A stretch of DNA of 64,000 nucleotides from a bacterium (GCA_965207065.1 OZ242260.1:2208001-2272000), one strand, 5' to 3'. Positions 1-10,610 are shown, counted from the stretch's first letter. Program-made: numbers and translations. Notes: generated by a model from the letters alone, not told the origin.

Positions 1-1
1 C

Positions 2-1360
2 GTGCGCGGCGGCCTCAAGGATCTCTCCCTCTCGCGCACGAGCTTTCAGTGGGGAATCCCCGTGCCGGGGGATGAGAAGCACGTCATCTACGTGTGGTTC
101 GACGCACTGAGCAACTACCTGACCGCGCCGGGCTTCGATGAGGACGGTGTCCGCGAGGGAAGCCCCTGGCCGACGGATCAGCACTTCATCGGCAAGGACA
201 TCCTGCGGTTCCACGCGGTCTACTGGCCCGCCTTCCTGCTCTCCGCCGGGGTCCCCCTGCCGGGCCAGGTCTTCAGCCACGGGTGGTGGACGATCGAGGG
301 CCAGAAGATGTCCAAGAGCCTGGGCAACGCCGTCGACCCGCACTGGCTGATCGAGGAATACGGCGTGGACGCCATCCGCTATTTCCTGCTCAAGGAGATC
401 CCCTTCGGGCTGGACGGGGATTTCTCCCATGGCGCGCTGATCGACCGCATCAACAGCGATCTGGCGAACGATCTCGGCAACCTGCTCCACCGTACCCTGA
501 ACATGGTGAAGCGCTACAGGGAGGGCCGTCTCGAACGCTCCGCAGCGGGCGATACCGAGGCGGAGGGCGCGTTTTGCGACTTCGTCGCCGAGGCGGCCGA
601 GAAATACGAGCGCGGCATGTCGGCCACCCACTTCCAGCACGGCCTGAGGGCCGCCTGGGAGGTGATTTCCTGCGCGAACAAATATATCGACACGAACGCA
701 CCCTGGACGCTCGCCAAAGAGGGCGACGAGGCCCGCCTTTGTTCGGTGCTCTGGCACGCCGTGGCGGCGATTCGCGTGGTCGCGGCCATGATTTCGCCCG
801 TCATGCCCGCTTCCGCGCAGAAGATTGGAGCGCAGATCGGGCTGTCCGAGGACTGGACGAGCGCGCCCTACGCGGAATTGATGGACATGCGCGGGCTGCC
901 GGAAGAGTTGCTCACCAATCTGGGCGACCCTCTTTTCCCGCGCATCGAGGATGAGGTGAAAGAGGCCATTCAGGAGAAGGTGGCCCGGCGCATCGCGGGC
1001 GGTGAAGAAGAGGCCGCGCCCGCAGAGGATGAGAAGGAACAGATATCCTTCGATGAATTCCAGAAAATGGATTTGCGCGCCGCTCAGGTAATAGAGGCCG
1101 AGCGCATACCGAAGTCGAAGAACCTGCTCAAGCTGACCGTTTCCTTAGGTGAGGAAACCCGAACCGTCGTGGCGGGCATCGCCAAGCACTATGCGCCAGA
1201 GGATTTGCCGGGCCGCAAGGTGATACTGGTGGCCAACCTCGCGCCCGCGAAGCTCATGGGCGTGGAATCCCAGGGCATGGTTCTCGCAGCCGAAGACGGC
1301 GAGAATCTCCTGCTCTTGGGTGTGGACGAGACGGTAACTCCGGGCGCGCCGATCCGGTAG
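2..1360 (+). CDS. metG: Methionyl-tRNA synthetase (5' end outside window)
   Basis: YVWFDAL, GKDILRFH and KMSKS motifs; C-terminal tRNA-binding OB domain (NLAPAKLMGVESQGMVL). Confidence 0.97.
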   Translation: MRGGLKDLSLSRTSFQWGIPVPGDEKHVIYVWFDALSNYLTAPGFDEDGVREGSPWPTDQHFIGKDILRFHAVYWPAFLLSAGVPLPGQVFSHGWWTIEGQKMSKSLGNAVDPHWLIEEYGVDAIRYFLLKEIPFGLDGDFSHGALIDRINSDLANDLGNLLHRTLNMVKRYREGRLERSAAGDTEAEGAFCDFVAEAAEKYERGMSATHFQHGLRAAWEVISCANKYIDTNAPWTLAKEGDEARLCSVLWHAVAAIRVVAAMISPVMPASAQKIGAQIGLSEDWTSAPYAELMDMRGLPEELLTNLGDPLFPRIEDEVKEAIQEKVARRIAGGEEEAAPAEDEKEQISFDEFQKMDLRAAQVIEAERIPKSKNLLKLTVSLGEETRTVVAGIAKHYAPEDLPGRKVILVANLAPAKLMGVESQGMVLAAEDGENLLLLGVDETVTPGAPIR

Positions 1361-1398
1361 AGACAAGACGCCCCGCCCGGGAGATTGGAGTTATTGGA

Positions 1399-3129
1399 GT
1401 GAACGAACCCATGGAATCCGGGCCGGATTCATCCGGCGATAAGGACTCATTCGCGGGTAAGGACAGAAGGGGACGCTCCCAGCGCCGCAGAAGAAGACGC
1501 GGTCGGAGGGGCGGAAAACGCCCGGAACACAAAGAAAGCCAGAATACATCCGGGAAAGCCGAGCCCGCCGCACACGCGCAAAACGGAGAGAAAGCCGCCC
1601 AGCGCCCTGAAAACGGAGGTGCGCGCGACCCCGATTCGAGGCGCAGGCGAGGCGGGCGCAGGGGCAAGAGCCGCCCGCGCGGTGAGCGGAGGCAGAGGCC
1701 CAAACCCCAGGTCATCATTGCCGAATTGCCCGGAACGAACGGCCTGCCCGTACTGGTGGACACCCACGTGCATCTCATCGACAAAGCGTTCGATCCGGAC
1801 CGCCAGGGGGCGGTGGAGCGCGCCATCGAGGAGAGGGTGCACTACATCATCTCGATGGGCACCTGTCTGGAGTCGAGCCGACAGACCCTCGACCTCGCGA
1901 TGTCCTACGCGGGCGTCTACGCGGCGGTCGGCGTGCATCCGAGCGACGTAAAGGACGTGAACGAGCGAACCATCAGGGATATCGCAAAACTCGCGGAAGA
2001 TCCCCAAGCGGTGGCCATCGGCGAGATCGGGCTGGACTACTACCGCGAGGGCGCCCCGCGCAAGACCCAGCGCAAGTGGTTCCGGGAGCAGATCCGGCTG
2101 GCCGTCGAGGTGAAAAAGCCCATCGTCGTCCACTGCAGGGACTCGGCGGATGACGTCTATGAGATATTGGAAAAAGAAAGGGCGTGGCGCGCGGGCGGCG
2201 TCATCCACTGTTTCACGGGCGATGACGAGCAGGCCCGGAAATTCCTGGACATCGATTTTCATCTGGGCGCGGGCGGGGCCATCACCTTTTCGCGCTCGGA
2301 AGAACTCCGCGAAGTCTTCGAGCGAATCCCCATCGAGCGCGTGCTACTCGAGACGGACAGCCCCTATCTCGCCCCCCCGCCGCACCGGGGCAAGCGAAAC
2401 GAGCCGGCCTACGTCGCGCGCGTGGCGGAGACTTTGGGTGAACTCCACGGGATGGCGACCGAAGATGTAACGCGTCTCACCACGGAGAACGTGCGCCGCC
2501 TGTTCGGGGTAGGGCCTGCGCGCGTGGAGGGCAGCGTCGCCTACCCGATCGGCGAGACGCTCTACCTCAACATTACGAACGATTGCCAGAATTCGTGTTT
2601 TTTCTGCGGCCTTCTGAGCGATTGCGTCTACAAGGGCCACAATCTGGCTCTCGAAAGTGACCCCGACGCGGCGGAGGTGCTCGCCGCCGCCGGCGACCCG
2701 ACCCGCTTCGAAGAAATCGTATTCAGCGGATTCGGCGAGCCGACGCTCAGGCTCGACGTGGTGAAGGAGGTGGCCGGCGAACTCAAGCGCCGAGGCGCCA
2801 AGCGGATCCGCCTCGTGACGAACGGGCTCGCGAACAAGACGCACGAGCGAAACATCCTCCCCGAGCTTGGCGGCCTCGTGGACGCGATATCCATCAGCAT
2901 GCAGGCGGAAAGCCCGGAAGCCTATGCGAAGGTCTGCAAGACCAAAGAAATCGAAGAACCCTACCCGCTGGTCAAGGAGTTCGTGAGGTGGTCTAAGAAC
3001 TACATCCCCGAGGTGGAGGTGACGGCGGTCAAGATGAACGGCCTCATTGACATCGAAGCGTGCGAGAAGGTGGCGACCGAGGAGCTGGGCGTGCCCTTCC
3101 GCGCGCATGAATACGTGCAGATGGATTAG
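1399..3129 (+). CDS. TatD-family hydrolase fused to a C-terminal radical SAM domain, with an Arg-rich N-terminal extension
   Basis: DTHVH, GVHP, GEIGLDYY and LLETDSPY TatD motifs; YLNITNDCQNSCFFC (CxxxCxxC) and FSGFGEPT; follows metG; start codon uncertain. Confidence 0.9.
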   Translation: MNEPMESGPDSSGDKDSFAGKDRRGRSQRRRRRRGRRGGKRPEHKESQNTSGKAEPAAHAQNGEKAAQRPENGGARDPDSRRRRGGRRGKSRPRGERRQRPKPQVIIAELPGTNGLPVLVDTHVHLIDKAFDPDRQGAVERAIEERVHYIISMGTCLESSRQTLDLAMSYAGVYAAVGVHPSDVKDVNERTIRDIAKLAEDPQAVAIGEIGLDYYREGAPRKTQRKWFREQIRLAVEVKKPIVVHCRDSADDVYEILEKERAWRAGGVIHCFTGDDEQARKFLDIDFHLGAGGAITFSRSEELREVFERIPIERVLLETDSPYLAPPPHRGKRNEPAYVARVAETLGELHGMATEDVTRLTTENVRRLFGVGPARVEGSVAYPIGETLYLNITNDCQNSCFFCGLLSDCVYKGHNLALESDPDAAEVLAAAGDPTRFEEIVFSGFGEPTLRLDVVKEVAGELKRRGAKRIRLVTNGLANKTHERNILPELGGLVDAISISMQAESPEAYAKVCKTKEIEEPYPLVKEFVRWSKNYIPEVEVTAVKMNGLIDIEACEKVATEELGVPFRAHEYVQMD

Positions 3130-3162
3130 GACAATCGTGACAGGTTGGTCGCCGCCGCAAAG

Positions 3163-3191
3163 GTAGGGACAGGTCGCGACCTTGTCCCTAC
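3163..3191. repeat. REP-like palindrome (GTAG family)
   Basis: GTAGGGACAGGTCGCGACCTTGTCCCTAC; related copies elsewhere in the window. Confidence 0.75.
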
Positions 3192-3339
3192 GGGGGCCTG
3201 CATGAATTGTCTATACGACCCACTGAACAATTCCACCCCATTTACGCTAGAATGACCCCATGAATAACCGATATCCCCCGGTAAGATTTACGAGGCCCTT
3301 TCAGCCGAAACCACTCATCACTCTCTGGAACAACTCCCT

Positions 3340-4269
3340 ATGAGCAGGCCCTTCTACATCCTCTCGCTGGACGGCGGGGGGTCGCTGGGGGTCTACACCC
3401 TGGGCGTGCTGGCGAAAATTGAGCGCACTTTGGAACGACCCCTGCACGAGGTATTCGACCTCGTCTACGGCGTCAGTACGGGCTCCATCATCGCCACAAT
3501 GGTGGCCCTAGGCGACCCGGTGGACCCGACGATTGCGGATCGCTATTTCGAGCTTGCGCCCGACGTGCTGGGGCCTCTGCTCGCACGCTCGAAGACAAAC
3601 GCGCTGGAGCGGCACTCCCAAAGAATTTATGGCGATAAGACGTTTGAGGATTTCAAGCTGGACGTGGGAATCCTCGTCACCCACGCGGAACATGACCGCC
3701 CCATGGTGTTCAAGAGGACGTTGAATCAACCGCATAATGGCCCTGAAAGTTTCCTGTCGGGCGAGGGCCTTAAAATTTCCGATGCGATCCTGGCCTCTTG
3801 CGCCGCGCATCCCTTCCTGAAGCAAAAGCGCATCGCCACCCCCCGACTCGAAGAGCGCACCGCGCTGGACGGCGGGTTTACGGCGAACAACCCCACCCTT
3901 TTCGCCATTGCCGACGCCACCGGGCCGCTCGGCGTCGCCCGGGAGGATATCCGCATATTGAGCGTCGGGACGGGGAGTTACCCCGATTCGCGAAAATGGA
4001 CGCGGCGGATCATCGCAGGCATCCGGCCCCTCAAGACCTACATGACGCTCTCGCGAACGAGTTCGAACACCGTCGATACGCTGCGCGAACTGTTCTTCCC
4101 CGACGTCCGGACTTTAAGGATCAACGATTCCTTCACCGACCGCGCCTATGAGACGGACTTTATGGAGCACGACCCGCGCAAGCTCAAGGCCATATTCGGG
4201 CTCGGGCGTAAATCCTTTGAAAGCGCCGAGGCCCGCGTGCGGGATTTTTTTGAGGATGTGCGTGGGTGA
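3340..4269 (+). CDS. Patatin-like phospholipase
   Basis: LSLDGGG oxyanion motif, GVSTG nucleophile elbow, DGG catalytic Asp, ILSVGTG. Confidence 0.9.
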   Translation: MSRPFYILSLDGGGSLGVYTLGVLAKIERTLERPLHEVFDLVYGVSTGSIIATMVALGDPVDPTIADRYFELAPDVLGPLLARSKTNALERHSQRIYGDKTFEDFKLDVGILVTHAEHDRPMVFKRTLNQPHNGPESFLSGEGLKISDAILASCAAHPFLKQKRIATPRLEERTALDGGFTANNPTLFAIADATGPLGVAREDIRILSVGTGSYPDSRKWTRRIIAGIRPLKTYMTLSRTSSNTVDTLRELFFPDVRTLRINDSFTDRAYETDFMEHDPRKLKAIFGLGRKSFESAEARVRDFFEDVRG

Positions 4270-4273
4270 GTTT

Positions 4274-4333
4274 GTAGGGACAACCCCCCGTGGTTGTCCC
4301 TTCGCCAGGACAGGCACGGGGGCCTGTCCCTAC
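4274..4333. repeat. REP-like doublet (GTAG...CTAC)
   Basis: GTAGGGACAACCCCCCGTGGTTGTCCC followed by GGACAGGCACGGGGGCCTGTCCCTAC; near reverse complement at 8760-8814. Confidence 0.75.
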
Positions 4334-4415
4334 GAGAATCGTTCTTGGCTGATGGAAAACACGCCTTTCAAGCCACCCTTCCATCCCGGCCCGTTTGGGG
4401 TAGAATGTCCTTGCT

Positions 4416-7400
4416 ATGGAAAAACACTCCTTTCATCCGCTGATCGCGCGCTGGTTCCGTGAGAAATTCGCGGAGCCGAGCGCCCCGCAGGATGCCGGCT
4501 GGCCCGAGATCGCCACCGGGCGCGACACGCTCATCGCCGCGCCCACGGGAACGGGCAAGACGCTGGCCGCCTTTCTGTGGTCGCTCGACGGCCTGGTTCG
4601 GGACGCGCTCGCGGGCGAACTCGAAGACGCCTGCCGCGTCGTCTACATCTCTCCGCTCAAGGCGCTGGGCAACGACATCCAGAAGAACCTGCAGGAGCCA
4701 CTGAGCGAAATCCGCGCGCTCGCCAAAAAAGAGGGCGTGGAGCTACCCGAAATCCGCGTGGCGGTGCGCTCCGGCGATACGCCCGCGCGCGAGCGCAGGC
4801 TCATGCTCAAAAAACGCCCCCACATCCTCATCACCACGCCGGAGTCGCTCTACATTCTCCTGACGGCAGAGCGCAGCCGGAAAGTATTGGAGAGCGCCCG
4901 CGCCGTCATCGTGGACGAGATACACGCGGTCGCGGGCGATAAGCGCGGCGCGCACTTAGCACTTTCTCTTGAGCGGCTGGACGCGCTATGCGGTGAGCGG
5001 ATACAGCGCATCGGACTCAGCGCCACGCAAAAGCCGATAGACGAGATAGCGCGCCTGCTCGTGGGTGCAGAAAGGCGAGAGGAGGACGGCGCTCCCGATT
5101 GCGCTATCGTGGACGTGGGCCACAAGCGCGAGATGTCGCTCGCCGTCGAGGTGGCCGATCAGGATATCGGCCCCATCGCCTCGCACGAGTACTGGGCCGA
5201 GGTGTTCGACCGCATTGCCGCCCACATCGAGAGCCACCGCACGACCATCGTGTTCGTCCACACGCGGCGGCTGGCGGAGCGCGTCTCCCACCGGCTCACG
5301 GAGAGGCTCGGCGAGGGCCGCGTGGCCGCGCACCACGGCTCCCTGTCGCGCAAGATCAGGCTGGACGCCGAAGAGCGGCTGAAATCGGGCGCGCTGTCGG
5401 CCATCGTCGCCACGGCGTCCTTGGAACTCGGCATCGACATCGGCCACGTCGACCTCGTCTGCCACCTGGGCGCGCCGAGAACGCTCGCCTCCCTGCTGCA
5501 GCGCGTGGGGCGTTCGGGCCACTGGAAGGGCGCTATCCCCAAGGGAATCGTCTTTCCCATGACGCGGGACGAACTCCTGCAGAGCGCCGCCGCCATCCGC
5601 TCGGTGAGAGGAGGCGCGCTCGATAGGGTCATCTTCCCGGAAGCGCCGCTCGACATCCTCGCCCAGCAGATGGTGGCCGAGGCCGCCGCGCAGGAAGAGG
5701 TGGAGGAAGAGGCGCTCTGGTCGCTCATCAGGCGCGCGCAGCCTTACGGGGCGCTTACGCGAGACGTATTCGAAGACGTGCTCGAGATGCTCACCGAGGG
5801 CATTTCGACCAGCCGGGGGAGGCGCACCGCCTATCTCCACAGGGACCGCGTGAACGCGCTCCTTAAGCCGAGGCGCGGGGCGCGTCTATGCGCCATCACC
5901 TCGGGCGGCGCGATTCCCGACACGGCGGATTACGACGTTATCGAGGGAGCGGCGGAGACCTTCGTGGGCAAGGTGAACGAGGATTTCGCCATCGAGTCGA
6001 ACGCGGGCGACATCTTCCTGCTCGGCAACCACTCCTGGCGCGTGAAGCGCGTGGAGCGCGGCAAGGTGCGCGTGGAAGACGCCGAGGGCCTTCCGCCGAA
6101 CATCCCCTTCTGGCTGGGCGAGGCGCCCTCGCGCACGGCGGAACTCTCGGAATCCGTCTCCTCGCTCAGGAGTGAGCTGGCGGAGCGTCTCACCGAGCCT
6201 GCCGAGGCGATGCGCTGGATGCGCGAAGAGTGCGGGCTATGCGCACAGGGCGCGTCGCAGATTCTCGATTACGTGCGCGAGACCGTGCGGGTGCTGGGGC
6301 GCGTACCTACGCAGGGTGAAATAATAGCCGAGCGGTTTTTCGACGAGGCGGGCGGGATGCAGCTCGTCATCCACTCGCCCTTCGGGGGCCGCATCAACCG
6401 CGCGTGGGGCCACACGCTCAGGAAGCGCTTTTGCCTCACCTTCGATTTCGAACTCCAGGCCGCCGCGACGGACGACGGCATCGTGTTATCGCTCTCATCG
6501 CAGCACAGCTTTCCGCTGGAATCGATCTTCGGCTACGCGCGCCTGGCTTCCCTCAAAAAGGACATGCTCCAGTCCGCCCTGCAATCGCCCATGTTCGCCA
6601 ACCGCTGGCGCTGGAACGCCACGCGCGCCCTGGCGCTGCCCCGGCACAGCGGGGGCAAGAAGGTGCCCGTCGCGATCCAGCGCATGCGAGCCGAGGACTT
6701 GCTCGCCGCCGTCTTCCCGGCCCAGCTCGCGTGTCAGGACAACCACCACGGCCCCATCGAGCCGCCCGACCATCCCCTCGTGAACGAGACGGTGGATAAC
6801 TGCCTGACCGAGGCGATGGACATCGAGAGCTTAAGGAACCTTATTCGTGATGTAGAAAACGGGAGGATTAAAACTTATGGCGTGGAGACGCCCGCGCCCT
6901 CGCCCATGTCGCACGAGATACTGAACGCGAACCCCTACGCCTTCATCGACGACGCGCCGCTGGAGGAGCGTCGCTCGCGTGCGGTACCGCTGAGGCGCGC
7001 CCTGCCGGATGACGCGGAGAGCGCCCGGCTGGATCCTGCCGTCATCGAGGAGGTGTGCGAGCAGGCACGGCCGGCCCCGCGCGACGCGGACGAGCTGCAC
7101 GACGCGCTGCTCTCCCTGTGCGCCCTGCCGGTGGAGGAAGCCGGTGAATGGTCCGCCTGGATGGATGAACTCGTGGCTTGCAACCGCGTGGCTAAGGCGG
7201 TATGGGCGGCGGATGGCGCCCAACGCGAAGGCTGGGTTCCTGCGGAGAGAATGGCGCTGATGCGTGCGGCGATTCCGGGGGTCAGGCTCACGCCGGATAA
7301 AATTCCCTTCCAGGGGGATGACGGACAACCGCCCGCGCAGGATGAGGCGGTGCTCGCCATCGTCAGAGGCTGGACCGAGGCGTCGGGCCCCGTGACGGCG

Positions 7401-8741
7401 GGTGAACTCGCCTCGCGGGTCGGTCTCGCGCGCTCGGACGTCGAGATCGCCCTGGCCGCCCTCGAGGGAGAGGGAGCGGTTCTGCGGGGCCGCTTCGCCC
7501 GCCTTGCGCCCGAGGCCGAAATCGAATGGTGCGACCGCGTGTTGCTCGCCCGCATCCACCGCATGACGCTGGGCAAGCTGAGGCGCGAGATAGAGCCCGT
7601 GACGGCGGCGGATTTCGTCCGCTACCTGCTGAGGTGGCAGCACGTGCACGAGGACGCCATGCTGCACGGGCGCGACGGCGTGCTGGAAGTGGTTCGCCAG
7701 CTACAGGGGCTGGAGCTTCCTGCGCCCGCCTGGGAGGAGCAGATTCTCCCGGCGCGCATCAAGAACTACGACGCAGCCGATCTGGAGGCGCTTTGCCTCT
7801 CGGGCCTCGTCGCGTGGGGGCGCCTGCGCCCCGGCGCTCCGCCCGAGCCGCTTGAAGAGCCTGCGAACGGGAGCCGATCCCGGGCGACCCAGAAGGCGCA
7901 GCCTTCGCGCCGCGCGCTCCTGGCCTTCCTGATGCGAGAGGAGGTGGGACTGTTCCTGAAACCCCGCGAAGCGGAAGAGGCCTGGCGGGGGAATCTCTCC
8001 AGGGCCGCTCTCGAAATACTCGATTTCCTTAAAAGTAGGGGAGCGTCATTCCTCGCCGACATCACGGTGGCGACGGGCAGGCTCAGGACCGAGGCTGAAG
8101 AGGCGCTCTGGGAACTCGTCGCGCGCGGCCTGGTGACGGGCGACGGCGTGGCGGGCCTAAGGGCGCTGATAGCGGGCGCGAACGAGAAGAAAAAGGGCGA
8201 ACGCAGGCTGCGCGCCCTGCCGGGGGGAAGGGCCATATCGCGCGAGGCGAAAAACCGGTTCATGCCCGTGGGCCGCTGGTCGCTCTGGGGGAGCGCTGCC
8301 GCCCCGCTCGATGAGGAGGCGCACCGCGAGGCCCATGCGCGGCAGTTGCTTAAAAGATACGGCGTCGTGCTGCGTGAACTGGCCGTGCGCGAACCTACGG
8401 CGCCGCGATGGCGCGAAATGGTGCGGGTGTTCAGACGCCTGGAAGCCAGGGGCGAGATTCGGGGCGGGCGTTTCGTATCGGGCTTCATGGGCGAGCAGTT
8501 CGCCCTGCCAGAAGCGGTGGAAGCCCTGCGCGCCGTCCGCAAGATTCCCGCGCGGGGCAAGCCCACCATCGTCCATGCGAGCGACCCCATGAATCTGACG
8601 GGCGTCATCACGCCGGGACCCAAGATTTCGGCCAGGTCGCGCGAGGTCATCCTCTACCGCGACGGCCTCGTGGCCGACAGCGGCCCCCTCGGCGAAGTGC
8701 GGAGCCGGATGCGGAATGAATCGCTGACGGGCGGGGGGTGA
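4416..8741 (+). CDS. lhr: Lhr-family SF2 helicase with long C-terminal region
   Basis: APTGTGKT, SPLKAL, DEIH, GLSATQ, SLELGID, QRVGRSGH; C-terminal EIRGGRFV...EQFALP typical of long Lhr proteins. Confidence 0.93.
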   Translation: MEKHSFHPLIARWFREKFAEPSAPQDAGWPEIATGRDTLIAAPTGTGKTLAAFLWSLDGLVRDALAGELEDACRVVYISPLKALGNDIQKNLQEPLSEIRALAKKEGVELPEIRVAVRSGDTPARERRLMLKKRPHILITTPESLYILLTAERSRKVLESARAVIVDEIHAVAGDKRGAHLALSLERLDALCGERIQRIGLSATQKPIDEIARLLVGAERREEDGAPDCAIVDVGHKREMSLAVEVADQDIGPIASHEYWAEVFDRIAAHIESHRTTIVFVHTRRLAERVSHRLTERLGEGRVAAHHGSLSRKIRLDAEERLKSGALSAIVATASLELGIDIGHVDLVCHLGAPRTLASLLQRVGRSGHWKGAIPKGIVFPMTRDELLQSAAAIRSVRGGALDRVIFPEAPLDILAQQMVAEAAAQEEVEEEALWSLIRRAQPYGALTRDVFEDVLEMLTEGISTSRGRRTAYLHRDRVNALLKPRRGARLCAITSGGAIPDTADYDVIEGAAETFVGKVNEDFAIESNAGDIFLLGNHSWRVKRVERGKVRVEDAEGLPPNIPFWLGEAPSRTAELSESVSSLRSELAERLTEPAEAMRWMREECGLCAQGASQILDYVRETVRVLGRVPTQGEIIAERFFDEAGGMQLVIHSPFGGRINRAWGHTLRKRFCLTFDFELQAAATDDGIVLSLSSQHSFPLESIFGYARLASLKKDMLQSALQSPMFANRWRWNATRALALPRHSGGKKVPVAIQRMRAEDLLAAVFPAQLACQDNHHGPIEPPDHPLVNETVDNCLTEAMDIESLRNLIRDVENGRIKTYGVETPAPSPMSHEILNANPYAFIDDAPLEERRSRAVPLRRALPDDAESARLDPAVIEEVCEQARPAPRDADELHDALLSLCALPVEEAGEWSAWMDELVACNRVAKAVWAADGAQREGWVPAERMALMRAAIPGVRLTPDKIPFQGDDGQPPAQDEAVLAIVRGWTEASGPVTAGELASRVGLARSDVEIALAALEGEGAVLRGRFARLAPEAEIEWCDRVLLARIHRMTLGKLRREIEPVTAADFVRYLLRWQHVHEDAMLHGRDGVLEVVRQLQGLELPAPAWEEQILPARIKNYDAADLEALCLSGLVAWGRLRPGAPPEPLEEPANGSRSRATQKAQPSRRALLAFLMREEVGLFLKPREAEEAWRGNLSRAALEILDFLKSRGASFLADITVATGRLRTEAEEALWELVARGLVTGDGVAGLRALIAGANEKKKGERRLRALPGGRAISREAKNRFMPVGRWSLWGSAAAPLDEEAHREAHARQLLKRYGVVLRELAVREPTAPRWREMVRVFRRLEARGEIRGGRFVSGFMGEQFALPEAVEALRAVRKIPARGKPTIVHASDPMNLTGVITPGPKISARSREVILYRDGLVADSGPLGEVRSRMRNESLTGGG

Positions 8742-8759
8742 AGTAGATAATCAACTGCA

Positions 8760-9352
8760 GTGACAGGCCCCCGTGCCTGTCCTGACGAGGGACAACCACA
8801 GGGGGTTGTCCCTACGGATGCGAAATTCATCGTTATTGGTTTTGTATATATCTTTCTCGATGGTTTGAAATCACTCCCCCTTGAGGGTCGGGCATCCCGA
8901 GGGGAATGCCCGATGAAAAAGGCCTTGAGTGGGTATAGGCAACCCCCTTGAAAGGGAAACCCCATAAAGGCAACCCCCCCTACCCCCCCTTGTCAGGGGG
9001 GTATAAAAAAAGGCGATGCGCCCCCGCCGGGCAGAGGGGGTATTGGTTTTTCTTGCCCCCCTGACAAGGGGGGGTAGGGGGGGTTGGTTTTACCGTCGAG
9101 CGGGGCGTCTCCTCTATCCCCGAAAATGCCCAAAGAGGGAGGACTCACCGTCATTCCGGCGAAAGCTGGAAGCCATTTTTGCGCCTTTTGTCTTTCGTCG
9201 GGGTTCCCACGCATCGGCGGGGAAGGAAACGCCGCCGTTCATTCATTCGCATCCGCAAATGGATTCCGGCTTTCGCCGGAATGACGAACAAAACCGCACT
9301 GCCTCGTAAGGACAGGTCGCGACCTCGGACAGGCGCAGGGGCCTGTCTCTAC
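8760..9352. repeat. Cluster of REP-like/palindromic intergenic repeats from several families
   Basis: GTAG-type doublets (8760-8814, 9306-9352); inverted pair CCCCCCTACCCCCCCTTGTCAGGGG / CCCCCTGACAAGGGGGGGTAGGGGGG (8974-9083); GTCATTCCGGCGAAAGC...GCTTTCGCCGGAATGAC pair (9149-9285). Confidence 0.75.
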
Positions 9353-9378
9353 GGACGAGAAACTATCTCCTCCCACCC

Positions 9379-9408
9379 AAAAGAAAACCCCGGTGGCTGG
9401 CACCGGGG
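9379..9408 (-). terminator. Probable intrinsic terminator of the cytochrome c' gene
   Basis: Stem CCCCGGTG/CACCGGGG with 5-nt loop, followed on the minus strand by TTTTCTTTT; about 25 nt past the stop codon. Confidence 0.6.
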
Positions 9409-9432
9409 CTTCCCTGTATCTCTGATGCGCCG

Positions 9433-9978
9433 CTATCTTTTCTTCTTCTTCCGGAACGACTTGTGGCATGCGCCGCATTGCCTGCCGATGAGGCCCACCG
9501 CCTTCTTGATGGCCCCGGGGCCGCCCTTGTAGTGGATTTGCGCCAGGACGGCGGCGTTCGCGGCCAGGCCGTCCGCGATGAGTCCGAATTTCGCCTTTTC
9601 CTTCCAGATGGCGGCGGTCGATGTCGTCTTGCCCGCCAGGGTGTTCTTTTTGAAAGCCTTTTTGATCTTGCTCGCCTTCTTGTACATGTCGCCTGCGGCC
9701 TGGCGCACCTGCTCCTCGACCACCCAGCCGCTGCCTTGCTTCATCGCGGCTCTCAGGCGCTTCATGTCGGCGCCGATGCCGCGCATGAGTTTCTTGCGCG
9801 CCTTCACGGCTGCCTCGTCGCCCTTCATCATCTTTTTGTCCTTCATGGCCATTTTCTTCTTTTTCATGGCCATCTTGTCGCCTTTCTTGCCCATCATCTC
9901 GTCGCCGGCGCAACCTGCGACGAGCGCGCCCGCCAAGGCCAGGACGGCCAGGCTTATGAATGCGTTTTGTTTTTTCAT
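9433..9978 (-). CDS. Class II cytochrome c (c'/c556-like), probable lipoprotein with Met/Lys-rich linker
   Basis: C-terminal CGACHKSFR; AVKARKKLM and AAIW class II motifs; signal peptide ending LVAGC. Confidence 0.85.
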   Translation of the reverse strand: MKKQNAFISLAVLALAGALVAGCAGDEMMGKKGDKMAMKKKKMAMKDKKMMKGDEAAVKARKKLMRGIGADMKRLRAAMKQGSGWVVEEQVRQAAGDMYKKASKIKKAFKKNTLAGKTTSTAAIWKEKAKFGLIADGLAANAAVLAQIHYKGGPGAIKKAVGLIGRQCGACHKSFRKKKKR

Positions 9979-10223
9979 GACCGGATTTCCCCCACTAAAT
10001 CAGAAACGAAAAAGACAATCAGGCGGAACTGTATAAAACCCTCTTGCGCGGAGCGCTTGAAAACCAAGTATGGGCGGTGGGTTTGCTCCACTTCACCTTG
10101 TATGGCCTCATATTAGCCCAAAAGAGACCCGGCGGCCAGTCCTGGAAATGGGGGTCAATCGCGACTGATGAAGGAGCGATTGCTGCGGACCAGGAAAACA
10201 ATAATACGCAAACCCTTCCGCCT

Positions 10224-10383
10224 CGGGGCTGCCCCACAGGTCGTGACCTCTCACTGCAATCCCTGTTGCCTTGTACCGTAGGGGCGGACCTGCGTGTCCG
10301 CCCGAAATGTTATTGAATGAGATATCGTGGTTATTACTTTCATTCCGGCGAAAGGCGGGCGGACACACGGGTCCGCCCCTACG
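10224..10383. repeat. REP-like repeats
   Basis: GTAGGGGCGGACCTGCGTGTCCGCCC and inverted GGGCGGACACACGGGTCCGCCCCTAC. Confidence 0.7.
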
Positions 10384-10610
10384 AAACCTGAATCGAAGAT
10401 CACCCACATCTCCCACCCGCCGGGCGGGCGTTGATCCCGAAGGCCATTTATGAAACCTTGGAAACTCCCGAGGGATTCATGGAGTCCTGGTTTCAATTCC
10501 GGCGCGGGCCGGTTGACGAGGAGACACGAGAGTCGCCGCGAGGTTTGCGGCGCGTAATCCTTATTTCATTTGCCGCCGGGCGGGCGGCCCCATTTGCGAA
10601 AGGAGCGGAC

